NCBI GenBank assembly: GCA_039820525.1
Contig: JBCBPY010000005.1
Coordinates: forward strand, 89,764-153,763
Direction of reading: 5' to 3'
From: Cyanobacteria bacterium J06634_5
Lineage (GTDB): Bacteria > Cyanobacteriota > Cyanobacteriia > Phormidesmidales > Phormidesmidaceae
DNA length: 64,000 nucleotides
Shown: piece after piece, positions 1 to 9,029 of the stretch
How the letters are laid out: each line of letters begins with the position of its first letter
How positions within the stretch are numbered: position 1 is the stretch's first letter
Position numbers and translations under genes: made by a program
The notes under the pieces: generated by a model
What the model was told of the DNA's origin: nothing
Database searches by the model: none
Seen by the model: the letters and a program-made list of their open reading frames with translations, nothing else

Positions 1-340
1 ACTTTAGAAACTTCATTTCAGTGAGCAACGCTTGCAGCACGTTCTCTGCGGACTCCTCAGAAGAGTGCTCAGCAGAGTGCACAGCACCATAACGACCCTC
101 GAGCTGATCGCCTCCAGACTGATTCACCAGCTGGCCTGTACTCGGGTCTACAGGCCCCCAACCACCCGGCGCATCAAACGCTTCTTGCAGTGACTTTAAA
201 TAAGTCTGAGCTTGAGCGAGCGCCTGCCTTTGGGATTCCATCTCGCTGGATCTTACCCAAGGCTTGCGAGGTTTCTCTTGGCCCAAGGCCCGCTCTATAT
301 CAGCGATAAGCGATTGAATCTGGTCCTGCTGGGAAGTCAC
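1..340 (-). CDS. Conserved hypothetical protein, N-terminal part (gene runs off the left edge)
   Basis: The minus-strand frame is open from the GTG at 340-338 to the window edge. It is absent from the ORF track because it is truncated. It translates (M)TSQQDQIQSLIADIERALGQEKPRKPWVRSSEMESQRQALAQAQTYLKSLQEAF..., a helical N-terminus. No catalytic motif recognised. Confidence 0.35.
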   Translation of the reverse strand, partial: MTSQQDQIQSLIADIERALGQEKPRKPWVRSSEMESQRQALAQAQTYLKSLQEAFDAPGGWGPVDPSTGQLVNQSGGDQLEGRYGAVHSAEHSSEESAENVLQALLTEMKFLK

Positions 341-1128
341 GATGGATGCCTTTAAATAGTCAAATAAGGGAATGAAATGCCTGATGGATGAGTCCCTACA
401 GGGCAAGTGTACTTACGGCAAGTGCACAAAGTTTAAGCTAGCGAGGTGAAAAAGCACAGCCCGAAGGCAGGAAAATCAAAATAGATTTGATGAAATAGCC
501 CCCAAAAGAATGTGAGTTTACTGCTATTTTTGATGGGTTATTGTGACAAATGGCGCTAAATCGGTTTTTCGTGAAAAATGTGCACAAGCATAATTTAGGT
601 GGTATTGACGACGACTTCGGTGATAGAGTTAGCGTGCTTTGCCCGCAAGAACCGAGGTGTTTCGGCGATGTTTCAGCTGCTGTCGCGAGCCAAACGTACC
701 GTTTTAGGCTTTCGTTGGAGATTTTGATTTCAGGAGGGGCTGTTATTCAGGAATATCTACGGTAAGGAATCTCTGCTAAGGAATCTCTGCGGAGTGCTCC
801 TACACAAATCTAGTGTTCTATCCATACAATCCGGCTATACAGTCCGGCCATACAGTCGGCCTGCTTACCTACATAGGTTTATTTGCATCCGGTAAATAAG
901 TGCGCTTATCTACTTATTACAAGCCTATAGTGCAGTCTCCAGGAGACTCATTTCAAATCTATGCAGGGAGGCTTGACTGCTGACTCAAATCCTGGGCTTA
1001 GCATGGCCTTTTCACAGCCTACTCCTGTCAAAAGATTGATTTTGATAGCCTAGGTCGTCCGTAAGAAGGTTACTATACGCTCAATCCCTATAGCTCGCCC
1101 CCAAATTCCTCCTGTCACTCATCGCCCC

Positions 1129-1872
1129 GTGAGTGCTAGTGATCGCTTTATCCCCTTTGAACCCCAGCACCTACCGTTGCCCATGGACGCACGCCCTCTC
1201 GACAAAAATGAACTGATTCAGATGACGCCGTTTTTTGCGGAGCTAACCCCTGAAGCTGCAGAAAATGCAGCTGCTCAAGTAGTTACACGCCGCCACCCTG
1301 CTAATCAGGTCATTTTGCTAGAAAATGACTGGGGTAATTCTGTCTATTTCATCTTAGAAGGCTGGGTGAAAATTCGGACTTACAACTTAGATGGGAAAGA
1401 GGTCACACTCAATATTTTGGGCAAGGGTGAGGTGTTTGGTGAGATGGCCTCCCTGGAGGAAATTCCGCGCTCTACCGATGTCATTACGCTGGTGCCCACA
1501 GTGATTGGGAATATGCCTGCGCAGCACTTTGTAAAGCTTCTCAACACAGAACCCTTAGCAGGATTATATTTGGCAAGACTGATGGCGAAGCGCCTGAGAC
1601 AGGTTAATCGTCGGTTGCGACTGCGTGAGTCTGATTCACAGTCGCGAGTGGCCGATATTTTGTTGTTTTTAGCAGATGGTCAGGGAAAAGCGGCGGGCCA
1701 AGGGATGGAGATTCCTAACTTGCCCCATCGCGAGCTTAGTGGCTTGAGTGGCCTAGCCCGTGAGACGGTCACGCGCGTATTGAGTAAGCTAGAAAAAAAG
1801 GGGCTGATTAAGCGCGATCGCGACATTCTCAAAATCATTGACTTAGAAGCTCTTGAAAACCTTTTGGTATAA
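1129..1872 (+). CDS. Crp/Fnr-family transcriptional regulator (cNMP-binding domain plus C-terminal HTH)
   Basis: 247 aa. Has a cyclic-nucleotide-binding barrel signature (GEVFGEMASLEE) and a C-terminal HTH (RETVTRVLSKLEKKGLIKR). GTG start. Confidence 0.8.
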   Translation: MSASDRFIPFEPQHLPLPMDARPLDKNELIQMTPFFAELTPEAAENAAAQVVTRRHPANQVILLENDWGNSVYFILEGWVKIRTYNLDGKEVTLNILGKGEVFGEMASLEEIPRSTDVITLVPTVIGNMPAQHFVKLLNTEPLAGLYLARLMAKRLRQVNRRLRLRESDSQSRVADILLFLADGQGKAAGQGMEIPNLPHRELSGLSGLARETVTRVLSKLEKKGLIKRDRDILKIIDLEALENLLV

Positions 1873-1883
1873 CACCGCCGCCC

Positions 1884-2825
1884 ATGCCCCTTGTGCCACC
1901 CTCTTCTGACGGCCCACCCAATAGTCCTGAGTTGCCCTCAGCGGACCACCCTGTAAAGGGTCCTGCCAATGGCGTAGAGGTCTCTGAAAATGGAGCTGCC
2001 GATGAAGCGACCAACAGCGATACAGACGAGCCGTGGATTCCAGATGATGAGTGGACAACTTCGACAGGAAGCGCTCAAAAGCACTCTGCCGAACTTTTTC
2101 CCGTCCCACCGCCCAATCAGTCCAGCACAGGCAATCAGGCACAAGCATCTGGGGGCTCAGGCACTGTAACGCAGAGCCATCGACAGGCTGTAGGGCCTCT
2201 CCCGCTGGTGGAGACAGCTTTTTTGGCAAGCGCAGCTAGCCTCATGTGGCTAGTCAACACCTACTTGCCGCCCGGTCCACTGCTGCGCATTCTGTTTCCC
2301 TTACCGATTGCTTTGGTGTACCTGCGGTGGGACTTACGGTCTGCGTGGATGGCGGCAACGGTGTCTGGGCTACTGCTCACCATTTTGTTGGGCCCTACCC
2401 GCAGCATTTTCTTTGTCATGCCCTATGGCCTACTGGGTGTGCAGCTTGGGTACCTATGGTGTCGTCAGGCACGCTGGGAAACTTCGATTGTTACGGGTGG
2501 CGTCTTAGTGGCGCTGGGTACGTTTTTTCGCCTATGGCTACTATCACTACTGGCGGGCGAAGACTTGTGGGGATATTTAATTGCTCAAATTACTCAGCTA
2601 ATTGATTGGGCGCTGCGTTTATTGACGAATTGGGGCTGGATTAGCTTAGGCGCTTTTGGTCAGCCCAGCATGGAAGTTGTGGCGCTCGTGGCAGTTGGAA
2701 TGGTGTTTTTTTCTAGCATGGTGTATCTGTTTACAGTGCACTTAGCGGCTTGGCTCGTCTTGGAGCGGCTAGGAATAGCCATGCCAGAGCCCCCCAGATG
2801 GGTGCAGGTTTTGATTGAGGAATAA
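1884..2825 (+). CDS. DUF2232-like polytopic membrane protein with disordered N-terminal extension
   Basis: 313 aa. The C-terminal ~200 aa are hydrophobic (VETAFLASAASLMWLVNTYLPPGPLLRILFPLPIALVYLRW...) and resemble cyanobacterial DUF2232 proteins from memory. The N-terminal ~110 aa are Pro/Ser/Glu-rich. Confidence 0.55.
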   Translation: MPLVPPSSDGPPNSPELPSADHPVKGPANGVEVSENGAADEATNSDTDEPWIPDDEWTTSTGSAQKHSAELFPVPPPNQSSTGNQAQASGGSGTVTQSHRQAVGPLPLVETAFLASAASLMWLVNTYLPPGPLLRILFPLPIALVYLRWDLRSAWMAATVSGLLLTILLGPTRSIFFVMPYGLLGVQLGYLWCRQARWETSIVTGGVLVALGTFFRLWLLSLLAGEDLWGYLIAQITQLIDWALRLLTNWGWISLGAFGQPSMEVVALVAVGMVFFSSMVYLFTVHLAAWLVLERLGIAMPEPPRWVQVLIEE

Positions 2826-2840
2826 ACGAAGAGGCGTATC

Positions 2841-3920
2841 GTGGCCATGATTAGCGCGGTAGCGGGCCATCCGAGCGCTTGGCTACAGCGCCATCGCGGT
2901 CAAAAGCCAGTCTTTACCTGCGTTTTGAGCTTTACAGAAACAGGCTTGATTCCCCATATCTCTGCGGCAGGACTGACGCCCCAGGCTCGTCGCTATACCG
3001 CCCTTGCTGACAGTGAGTTTTTGATAAACGGCGGCGCTGCCAACCCTCGCAGGTCGCTGCCAACCCTCGCAGGCGGTGTATCACCTGCTGTTATTTCCAG
3101 GGCTATCCTCACGTCTTTAGAGATTCCTATCCATCTGCTGACCACCGGGCTCGCAGAACAACTTAATGCGCCGTACATTCAGCTCCCGCCTGTCTTAGCT
3201 AAGAGTGTCAGGACAGGCCAGGCGATGTCCTTGGGGCAAGCGAACGCTCTCCTCGCCAGCGGCCTTCGTTGGGGACGGCGGCTGGCCCAATCAGGCCGCT
3301 ACCTGATTGTGAGCGAATGCGTGGTCGGTGGGACAACCACAGCTCAGGCAGTGTTGACCGCCCTGGGGTACGACATTGCAGGCAAAATGAGCAGCAGCCA
3401 TCGGGCCAGTAACCATGCTCAGAAGCAGGCCATTGTGGCTCAGGGGCTTGCTGTTTGGTCAAAGGCTGGAAATCGGTCCGCATTATCGGCAGTCGCAGCA
3501 GTGGGGGATCCGATGCAAATAGTGACCGCAGGGATGGCGATCGCAGCCAGCCAGCAAGGCGGCGTTCTCCTAGCAGGCGGCTCGCAAATGCTAGCGGTGT
3601 ATGCTCTAGCCACAGCGATCGCCCATGAGCGATCGCTGTCATGGCACCGAGAGCACGTCGTCGTCGGGACCACGCGCTGGGTGATAGAAGATGCCAGTGC
3701 CGATACGGTCGCGATCGCACAATCAGTTAAGGCGCCCTATCTCATGAGCCACATTAATTTCAACGAATCGCCATATTTTCAGCTGCGGGCCTTTGAACAA
3801 GGCTATGTCAAAGAGGGCATGGGCGCTGGCGGCTGTGCGATCGCCGCGAGCCTGTACAAAGGTTGGACGCGCTCACAACTTAGACACGCCGTAGAAGCGC
3901 AGCTCCGTCAGTATCTCTAG
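2841..3920 (+). CDS. CobT-like nicotinate-nucleotide--dimethylbenzimidazole phosphoribosyltransferase family protein (TIGR00303 type)
   Basis: 359 aa. Motifs FTCVLSFTETGLIPHISAAGLTP...YTALADSEFL and VSECVVGGTTTA are typical of the archaeal/cyanobacterial CobT-like family. Confidence 0.7.
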   Translation: MAMISAVAGHPSAWLQRHRGQKPVFTCVLSFTETGLIPHISAAGLTPQARRYTALADSEFLINGGAANPRRSLPTLAGGVSPAVISRAILTSLEIPIHLLTTGLAEQLNAPYIQLPPVLAKSVRTGQAMSLGQANALLASGLRWGRRLAQSGRYLIVSECVVGGTTTAQAVLTALGYDIAGKMSSSHRASNHAQKQAIVAQGLAVWSKAGNRSALSAVAAVGDPMQIVTAGMAIAASQQGGVLLAGGSQMLAVYALATAIAHERSLSWHREHVVVGTTRWVIEDASADTVAIAQSVKAPYLMSHINFNESPYFQLRAFEQGYVKEGMGAGGCAIAASLYKGWTRSQLRHAVEAQLRQYL

Positions 3921-4227
3921 CACCTACAACACAAGCACTTACGACATACCTAAAGTCCTAAGCGCGAAAAGCGCTGAGTCAAAAAAAGAACCGAAAAAAC
4001 AGGCGCTGAGAAAGCGAATAAAAAGCGAGCAAGGGCAATTCCCTTACTCGCCACACAATTTAATGACAAAAAATGAGTTTAGTTGCAGCAAAATAATTGT
4101 GGAAAATGCTTTCTCAAGAATTATTTTGCTGGTCCTACACAATGCTTTAGTTCAAAGCTTTCACTGGCAAGCAGCCTATCAAATGGCAGATCATCATTTG
4201 ACTGGCCCTTTAGTCAGGCACAACGAG

Positions 4228-4668
4228 CTACTGGAAACGACAAGCCATGATTTGCTCTTCAAGCGCCGCCATTCGATTGTAAGCTGCGGTGAGCTGGGCG
4301 GTCAGCCGCTGAATTTGAATCTCAGGAGACAGTTTTTGAGAAGTCCCAGACTTATCGCCCTCCATGTGAGGTTCATCACTCAGCACGTCTTTGTGAGTCA
4401 TTGCAGGATCGACAGTACGCTGTAGCGCAACTGGGGGCTGATTGACGGTGTTGAGAGCTGGACGACTTTCGGCTGACTGGTAGCGGGCTTGAAAGGCCGC
4501 TATCCCCGTCACCTTGTCGGTTAACTGCTCTATCAGGGTGTGGAGTACATCCACTTTGTCGCTTAACTCAAGCACTTGATTTTGTAATACGTCCATAGCC
4601 ATAGGCACAACTAAACCATTTATTTTTTCAATCCTAAGAATGAAAGCAGCGATTAGTGTGGTAACCAC
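4228..4668 (-). CDS. Hypothetical coiled-coil protein
   Basis: 146-aa ORF with heptad-like N- and C-terminal segments (…QIQRLTAQLTAAYNRMAALEEQ). The real start may be the internal MAMDVLQNQ. No family recognised. Confidence 0.35.
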   Translation of the reverse strand: MVTTLIAAFILRIEKINGLVVPMAMDVLQNQVLELSDKVDVLHTLIEQLTDKVTGIAAFQARYQSAESRPALNTVNQPPVALQRTVDPAMTHKDVLSDEPHMEGDKSGTSQKLSPEIQIQRLTAQLTAAYNRMAALEEQIMACRFQ

Positions 4669-5024
4669 TAAATCATTTAACCTTTGGCCACAAAAGTTCG
4701 TACAACGTTAACCCTTGGTTTTTCGGCGCTCTAGCATTGTTAAAAGCCCCTTAGCCGACGAAAAGAAGGCCGCTGACAAAGAGATTAAAGGCTAACGGCC
4801 CTGATTTTATAGAGATTATTTACAGAAGTTGACAATTTGAGAAGCTAAGCAACCAGGCAATTGATTTTGGCTCTGCCAGAGAAAATTATCGTCAGGCAGG
4901 TAGACGAGTCGTCGAAACCGAACCTTAGACAGGCTGTCAATCCATCTCAGAACCGTATATACTTTTGATAAGTCCAACCTAAAAACTGTACACATTCCAC
5001 CGTTATTAGCCGCTTAGAGGTTTT

Positions 5025-5429
5025 ATGAAAATTATTGCTAGAGCACTCCGCAGCCTGGGTACCGCCTTTATGATGGCAGCCCTGGTCGTGAGTAGTTGTG
5101 CGGTCCTGGCGTCTCCAGCGTTTGCCGTTGATCACACCGTGAAAATGGGTTCTGACGGCGGCTTGCTCGTCTTTGAACCGTCCACACTTACGATTAGTAA
5201 AGGTGATACCGTCACGTGGGAAAACAATAAGATGGCACCTCACAACGTCATTTTTGATGCAAACAACGTCCCAGGTGGTAAAGAGACCGCAGACAAGCTC
5301 AGCCATTCTCAGCTAACGTTCTCTCCCGGAGAGTCTTACGACAGCAGCTTCAGTGAAGCTGGTGAGTACACCTATTTCTGTGCGCCTCACCGGGGTGCTG
5401 GCATGGTTGGCAAAATCATCGTTGAGTAG
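5025..5429 (+). CDS. petE: Plastocyanin precursor
   Basis: 134 aa with a signal peptide ending ASPAFA. Type-1 copper ligands lie in PHNVIFD and [18 protein letters not shown]. Confidence 0.95.
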   Translation: MKIIARALRSLGTAFMMAALVVSSCAVLASPAFAVDHTVKMGSDGGLLVFEPSTLTISKGDTVTWENNKMAPHNVIFDANNVPGGKETADKLSHSQLTFSPGESYDSSFSEAGEYTYFCAPHRGAGMVGKIIVE

Positions 5430-5547
5430 GCCAAGCTAACTGACCCTTGATAGGGCATCCCTCAAGGGCTTAAACGTGACTCGCGAAAAGTCCTAACCCA
5501 AGGCCGGGAAGGAAAAACTTAGCCCGTTTGATTAGTCCGTTTGATAG

Positions 5548-5591
5548 GTGTGGGACATGGTAGAGATTTTCTGCTGTGTCCCACACTTTTT
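5548..5591 (+). terminator. Rho-independent terminator downstream of petE
   Basis: Perfect 10-bp stem gtgtgggaca / tgtcccacac (5548-5557 / 5577-5586) followed by ttttt. Confidence 0.7.
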
Positions 5592-5849
5592 ATATGCAGC
5601 TTATACGCAGTATTTTCACGTAGATAGATCGTTCATTTTTTGTTTTGACGCCCATCCTCAGCGCCGTCTGTTGTGACGGACGTCAATGGATTCACTTAAA
5701 GTCCTCACGATTAGTTCCTAAAAGGCTGTATTAGCGACTGTAGCAGTGTTATACTTTGCGCGCGTCTATCTTTGCTATTAGGCATTTGTCAATCCATTCA
5801 GAATGGGCATCGGTTTGTTTTCAGGATTAATCGCTAAGGCCATCACCCT

Positions 5850-6557
5850 ATGAGCGATACAACTGCATACCTAGCGGGCTGCGCCACGACAGGGGTTGCA
5901 GCTTTAGTGCTACTGGTTGCGCGCGTTGGCATGGTATCTGCTAACGCGGATGCAAAAGGTGCGAGCCAGTTAGATGACCGGCTCGCACGGATTGAGGCGA
6001 CTGCGCCTACTCAAAATGCGATCGCCTCTGAGCAAGCAGAACGCAGACTTGAAGATGAAATTCGCCGCGAGCTAGACAAGCAGCGCGACCTCACCAAAAA
6101 GCTGGAATCTCAGCTAGTACAGCAAGAAACCCTCTCAGGCAGCCTGGAAGAACAGCTAGAGAAGCAAGAAGAAAAAACAAAGGATTTGCTCGCCAGAATC
6201 CAAGACTATCAGCGCTCAGTAGAAGACATTGAGCTACAAGACAAAATTGCGGCCGCAGCCCGTCCATCTATAGAGCCTCCCCGTCCAGCCGGTCCGCCAC
6301 CCTCAATTATTTGGCTAGGCGCTGGCGTGGTTGTCGTGTTGGTGATGGGGGGTAGTGGCCTAATTTTGTGTGCGGTGCTGCTGGTGTTACAGTCTCAGCG
6401 TCGTTCGGCACGCTCTGCGCCCATGCCCCCCATGCCCATGCCGCCTGCAACCGGCTATCGATATTACGATCAAAACTTTTTACCCCCCGCCCAGTTCCGA
6501 CCCAAGCGGCCAACTTACTACGACTATCCACCTTCGCCTTACGACTACACCCCCTAA
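5850..6557 (+). CDS. Hypothetical membrane protein (two TM segments flanking a coiled coil, Pro/Tyr-rich tail)
   Basis: 235-aa ORF: N-terminal TM, charged heptad region (EDEIRRELDKQRDLTKKLESQL...), second TM, then a PMPPMPMPP...YYDYPPSPYDY tail. No family recognised. Confidence 0.45.
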   Translation: MSDTTAYLAGCATTGVAALVLLVARVGMVSANADAKGASQLDDRLARIEATAPTQNAIASEQAERRLEDEIRRELDKQRDLTKKLESQLVQQETLSGSLEEQLEKQEEKTKDLLARIQDYQRSVEDIELQDKIAAAARPSIEPPRPAGPPPSIIWLGAGVVVVLVMGGSGLILCAVLLVLQSQRRSARSAPMPPMPMPPATGYRYYDQNFLPPAQFRPKRPTYYDYPPSPYDYTP

Positions 6558-6791
6558 AAAATTCTGCAATGTTTGTTTCTACAAACATTTGGGCATCATC
6601 GGACTAATCTAAACCTCTATAAAACTGACTCAACCACGGTTGAAAGAGAGCCTTCGGGTGTCTGTCAGCTGCTATTCGGTAAGTCATCTATAAGTAACCA
6701 GAAATATCCCGTGGCGTCTTTTTATGAAGATACTGCGGGATGTTTTTATGGGGCAGTAGAGTAAACGCATCTCTACTAGCGGGAAAACGCT

Positions 6792-7439
6792 ATGCAACTC
6801 ATCATCGGCAACCAGAATTATTCATCTTGGTCTTTAAGAGCTTGGCTCTTGCTGGCGGCATTTGATGTGCCATTTAAAACAATCAAGGAATCGCTACGAC
6901 AAGAACAGCTGAAAGAGCGCCTAGCAAACTATTCTCCAACTAGCCGAGTGCCTGTACTCATCGATGAGCACACCACGGTTTGGGATTCCTTAGCTATTTG
7001 TGAATACGTTTCGGAAAAGTACTTAGCAGGTAAGGGCTGGCCCGCCGATATTACGCACAGAGCAAGGGCCAGAGCCATCTGCAGCGAAATGCATGCTGGA
7101 TTTAACGGCTTGCGTAGCGAACTCCCGATGAACTGCCGCGCCACTCGCAAAGTTGAGCCCTCTGAATCAGCCTTGAGCGACATTGCCCGAATTGAGGCCA
7201 TTTGGTCGCAATGCCTCAGCGAGCACGGTGGCCCTTGGCTATTCAAAGACTTCTCTATTGCAGACTGCTTTTATGCACCTGTTGTTCTTCGATTCAAAAC
7301 CTACGGTATTTCACTCTCACCCTCGGCTAGTCAGTATCAGGCATTCTTTCTTCAAGACAACACCCTGAACCGATGGGTCACAGCAGGTAAAGCTGAAACT
7401 GAAATTGTGCCTGAAGACGAAGCTGGCGTAGATCGGTAA
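6792..7439 (+). CDS. Glutathione S-transferase family protein
   Basis: 215 aa. N-terminal thioredoxin-like fold signature (IGNQNYSSWSLRAWLLL, VPVLIDE..VWDSLAICEYV) and a RARARAI.. segment as in YfcF-type GSTs. Confidence 0.75.
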   Translation: MQLIIGNQNYSSWSLRAWLLLAAFDVPFKTIKESLRQEQLKERLANYSPTSRVPVLIDEHTTVWDSLAICEYVSEKYLAGKGWPADITHRARARAICSEMHAGFNGLRSELPMNCRATRKVEPSESALSDIARIEAIWSQCLSEHGGPWLFKDFSIADCFYAPVVLRFKTYGISLSPSASQYQAFFLQDNTLNRWVTAGKAETEIVPEDEAGVDR

Positions 7440-7524
7440 GCACCTTCGTCTGCCATAGCGCATTCCTACCACCGCTATATCGACAATGCGCCATATCGAG
7501 AATGACAGAGCAAACAATTAAAAA

Positions 7525-7566
7525 AAGGCGGCACCCAGATTCGAACTGGGGATAAAGGATTTGCAA
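7525..7566 (-). repeat. Partial tRNA-Cys copy (anticodon loop to 3' end), att-like direct repeat
   Basis: 42 nt, aaggcggcacccagattcgaactggggataaaggatttgcaa, identical to 8862-8903 inside and next to the intact tRNA-Cys. Confidence 0.9.
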
Positions 7567-7993
7567 GCTTAACGTATCAACCCAAAGCCCCTTCAGGGAA
7601 AAGTTTTGGAGGGAAGCGTTGTGGAGAAACAAATTATTTTTTGCATAGTTTTGCCTCATTAAACACCAAGTGACTGGCTTCTACGCCCTTAACCCAGCTG
7701 CTAGATTGATCCAGAATTATTACATCTGCTTATTCAAGCAAGCTTGAAAATTGCCCTGCATTCTCGCAACATCATCTCAACTTTACCAAGCGGCACACAG
7801 CATTGATAATCGGCTTTATTTCGTCAATTTTGGCTCATTTCGGCGCTGGCCGCTACGTCTCTTATCATTCGCAGCAAACCGTGAGCTCAGCCTCACTACC
7901 ATTCAACGTGTATCCTGAAAATTAGTTAGCATTAAAGCGCTGACCAACAAAGCGCTGACCAACGAAACTGCTCATTTACTGGGTGCTAGTGGG

Positions 7994-8359
7994 ATGAAAA
8001 CGAAAGAGCTGATTTTACAAGAAATGGAGGCCGTCCCAGAGCCAATTTTGGCGGAAGTACTCGATTTTTTACAGTTTCTAAAGGCAAAACGCACATCACT
8101 AGAAAAGCGAGTGACTGTGGTGTCATCCAATGGTGAACAATCGATTCCCTTAGCGACATTAGCCGCGCAAGAGTCTGCCATCGCGGAGCATCTAATGGTA
8201 GAACCGATGCCAGTGAAACAAATGTGTGATGAGCTAAAGCAAGCCTTAACACAGAGCGGATACAACACATCACGAAAGAACATTATCGACCTCGTACAAG
8301 AGGTGAAACGGGAAATGCTTGCTGAGCGAGACGCCCAGGCAACCGCCACTCATGCCTAA
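7994..8359 (+). CDS. Putative antitoxin (DUF2281-like N-terminus)
   Basis: 121 aa. The N-terminus MKTKELILQEMEAVPEPILAEVLDFLQFLKAKR matches the DUF2281-type antitoxin pattern. Its stop overlaps the start of the downstream PIN gene (ATGCCTAA). Confidence 0.55.
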   Translation: MKTKELILQEMEAVPEPILAEVLDFLQFLKAKRTSLEKRVTVVSSNGEQSIPLATLAAQESAIAEHLMVEPMPVKQMCDELKQALTQSGYNTSRKNIIDLVQEVKREMLAERDAQATATHA

Positions 8360-8813
8360 ACGCATCTTCTTGGATACGAATGTCTACATCGTGGGTGCTG
8401 CCGATACGAATAGCATGGAGTGGAAAATCCTCTCTTGGCTAGGGTTTGACGGAAACCAACCGGCCAGAGATGAGGTGGTCGTCTCCGCAGAACTCATTGA
8501 ACAAGTCCTACGTGTTGCAAAACGGTTGAAGAGCAAGGACTGGGCGGGCAGTATCGTCAGCCGAATGTGGCAAAACCTCAACCTACGGTACGTGCTGGTT
8601 GATGACCGAGAATATTCGCAGTTGGCGGAGGAGGGATGGTTGCCCAAGGAAGATATCGGGGTTTATCTAGCCGCGAAGCAAGGGGGGACAGACTGTTTTA
8701 TCTCTTCTAACCATGGATTAATTCGAGCGGTAGTCACTGAGACAAAAGTCACTGAGACAAAGGAGTTTGAGTGTTTTACCCCAGAAAACTTTGCAAAGAG
8801 ATATCTGATCTGA
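8352..8813 (+). CDS. PIN-domain toxin (VapC-like)
   Basis: Start chosen at ATG 8352 (MPKRIFLDTNVYIVGA...), which overlaps the antitoxin stop by 8 nt. Acidic residues sit where PIN expects them (LDTN, AELIE, KEDIG). The track ORF begins at 8319. Confidence 0.6.
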   Translation: MPKRIFLDTNVYIVGAADTNSMEWKILSWLGFDGNQPARDEVVVSAELIEQVLRVAKRLKSKDWAGSIVSRMWQNLNLRYVLVDDREYSQLAEEGWLPKEDIGVYLAAKQGGTDCFISSNHGLIRAVVTETKVTETKEFECFTPENFAKRYLI

Positions 8814-8862
8814 ACTGGAAGAGAACTCAACGCCTCTCTACAATCAGCTATTCCTGAACTGA

Positions 8863-8933
8863 AGGCGGCACCCAGATTCGAACTGGGGATAAAGGATTTG
8901 CAATCCTCTGCCTTACCACTTGGCCATGCCGCC
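8863..8933 (-). tRNA. trnC: tRNA-Cys (anticodon GCA)
   Basis: The reverse complement ggcggcatggccaagtggtaaggcagaggattgcaaatcctttatccccagttcgaatctgggtgccgcct folds as a cloverleaf: 7-bp acceptor stem, anticodon loop ttGCAaa, T-arm cccag/ttcgaat/ctggg. Confidence 0.9.
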
Positions 8934-9029
8934 GATGAAGCACCAATATATCAAACTTTTGGGCGCTATTGGTATAAATTACTGAGTCCGCTGTTTTATC
9001 CTTTTCCTAATGTTTGCCCAGTTGACAAC

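Larger units (their letters stand above)
7525..8903 (-). mobile_element. Putative integrated cassette or island remnant at tRNA-Cys (toxin-antitoxin cargo, no integrase)
   Basis: Bounded by the 42-bp perfect direct repeat derived from the tRNA 3' half. The interior holds only the antitoxin/PIN pair plus ~430 bp with no ORF. I saw no HIP1 octamer in the insert. Confidence 0.5.

Noticed and set aside
550-765. 71-aa ORF in the 790-bp gap upstream of the Crp-family gene.
   Set aside because: It has no motif, poor start context and atypical composition. The gap more likely holds promoter or leader sequence and short tandem repeats.
4063-4425. 120-aa plus-strand ORF overlapping the 4228-4668 minus-strand ORF.
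   Set aside because: It is antisense to the somewhat better-supported coiled-coil ORF and has no motifs, so I treat it as a shadow frame. Both are weak.
7826-7918. A plus-strand frame reads ...FRRWPLRLLSFAANRELSLTTIQRVS*, faintly like the box II / C-terminal region of a tyrosine recombinase (HxLRHsfAt...L.TIQ.LLGH). It could be a decayed integrase within the tRNA-Cys insert.
   Set aside because: Only a handful of residues match, the catalytic His and Tyr are absent, and the frame is short. It is too weak to call without a tblastn or HMM search, and I mention it only as a check under the tRNA-Cys finding.
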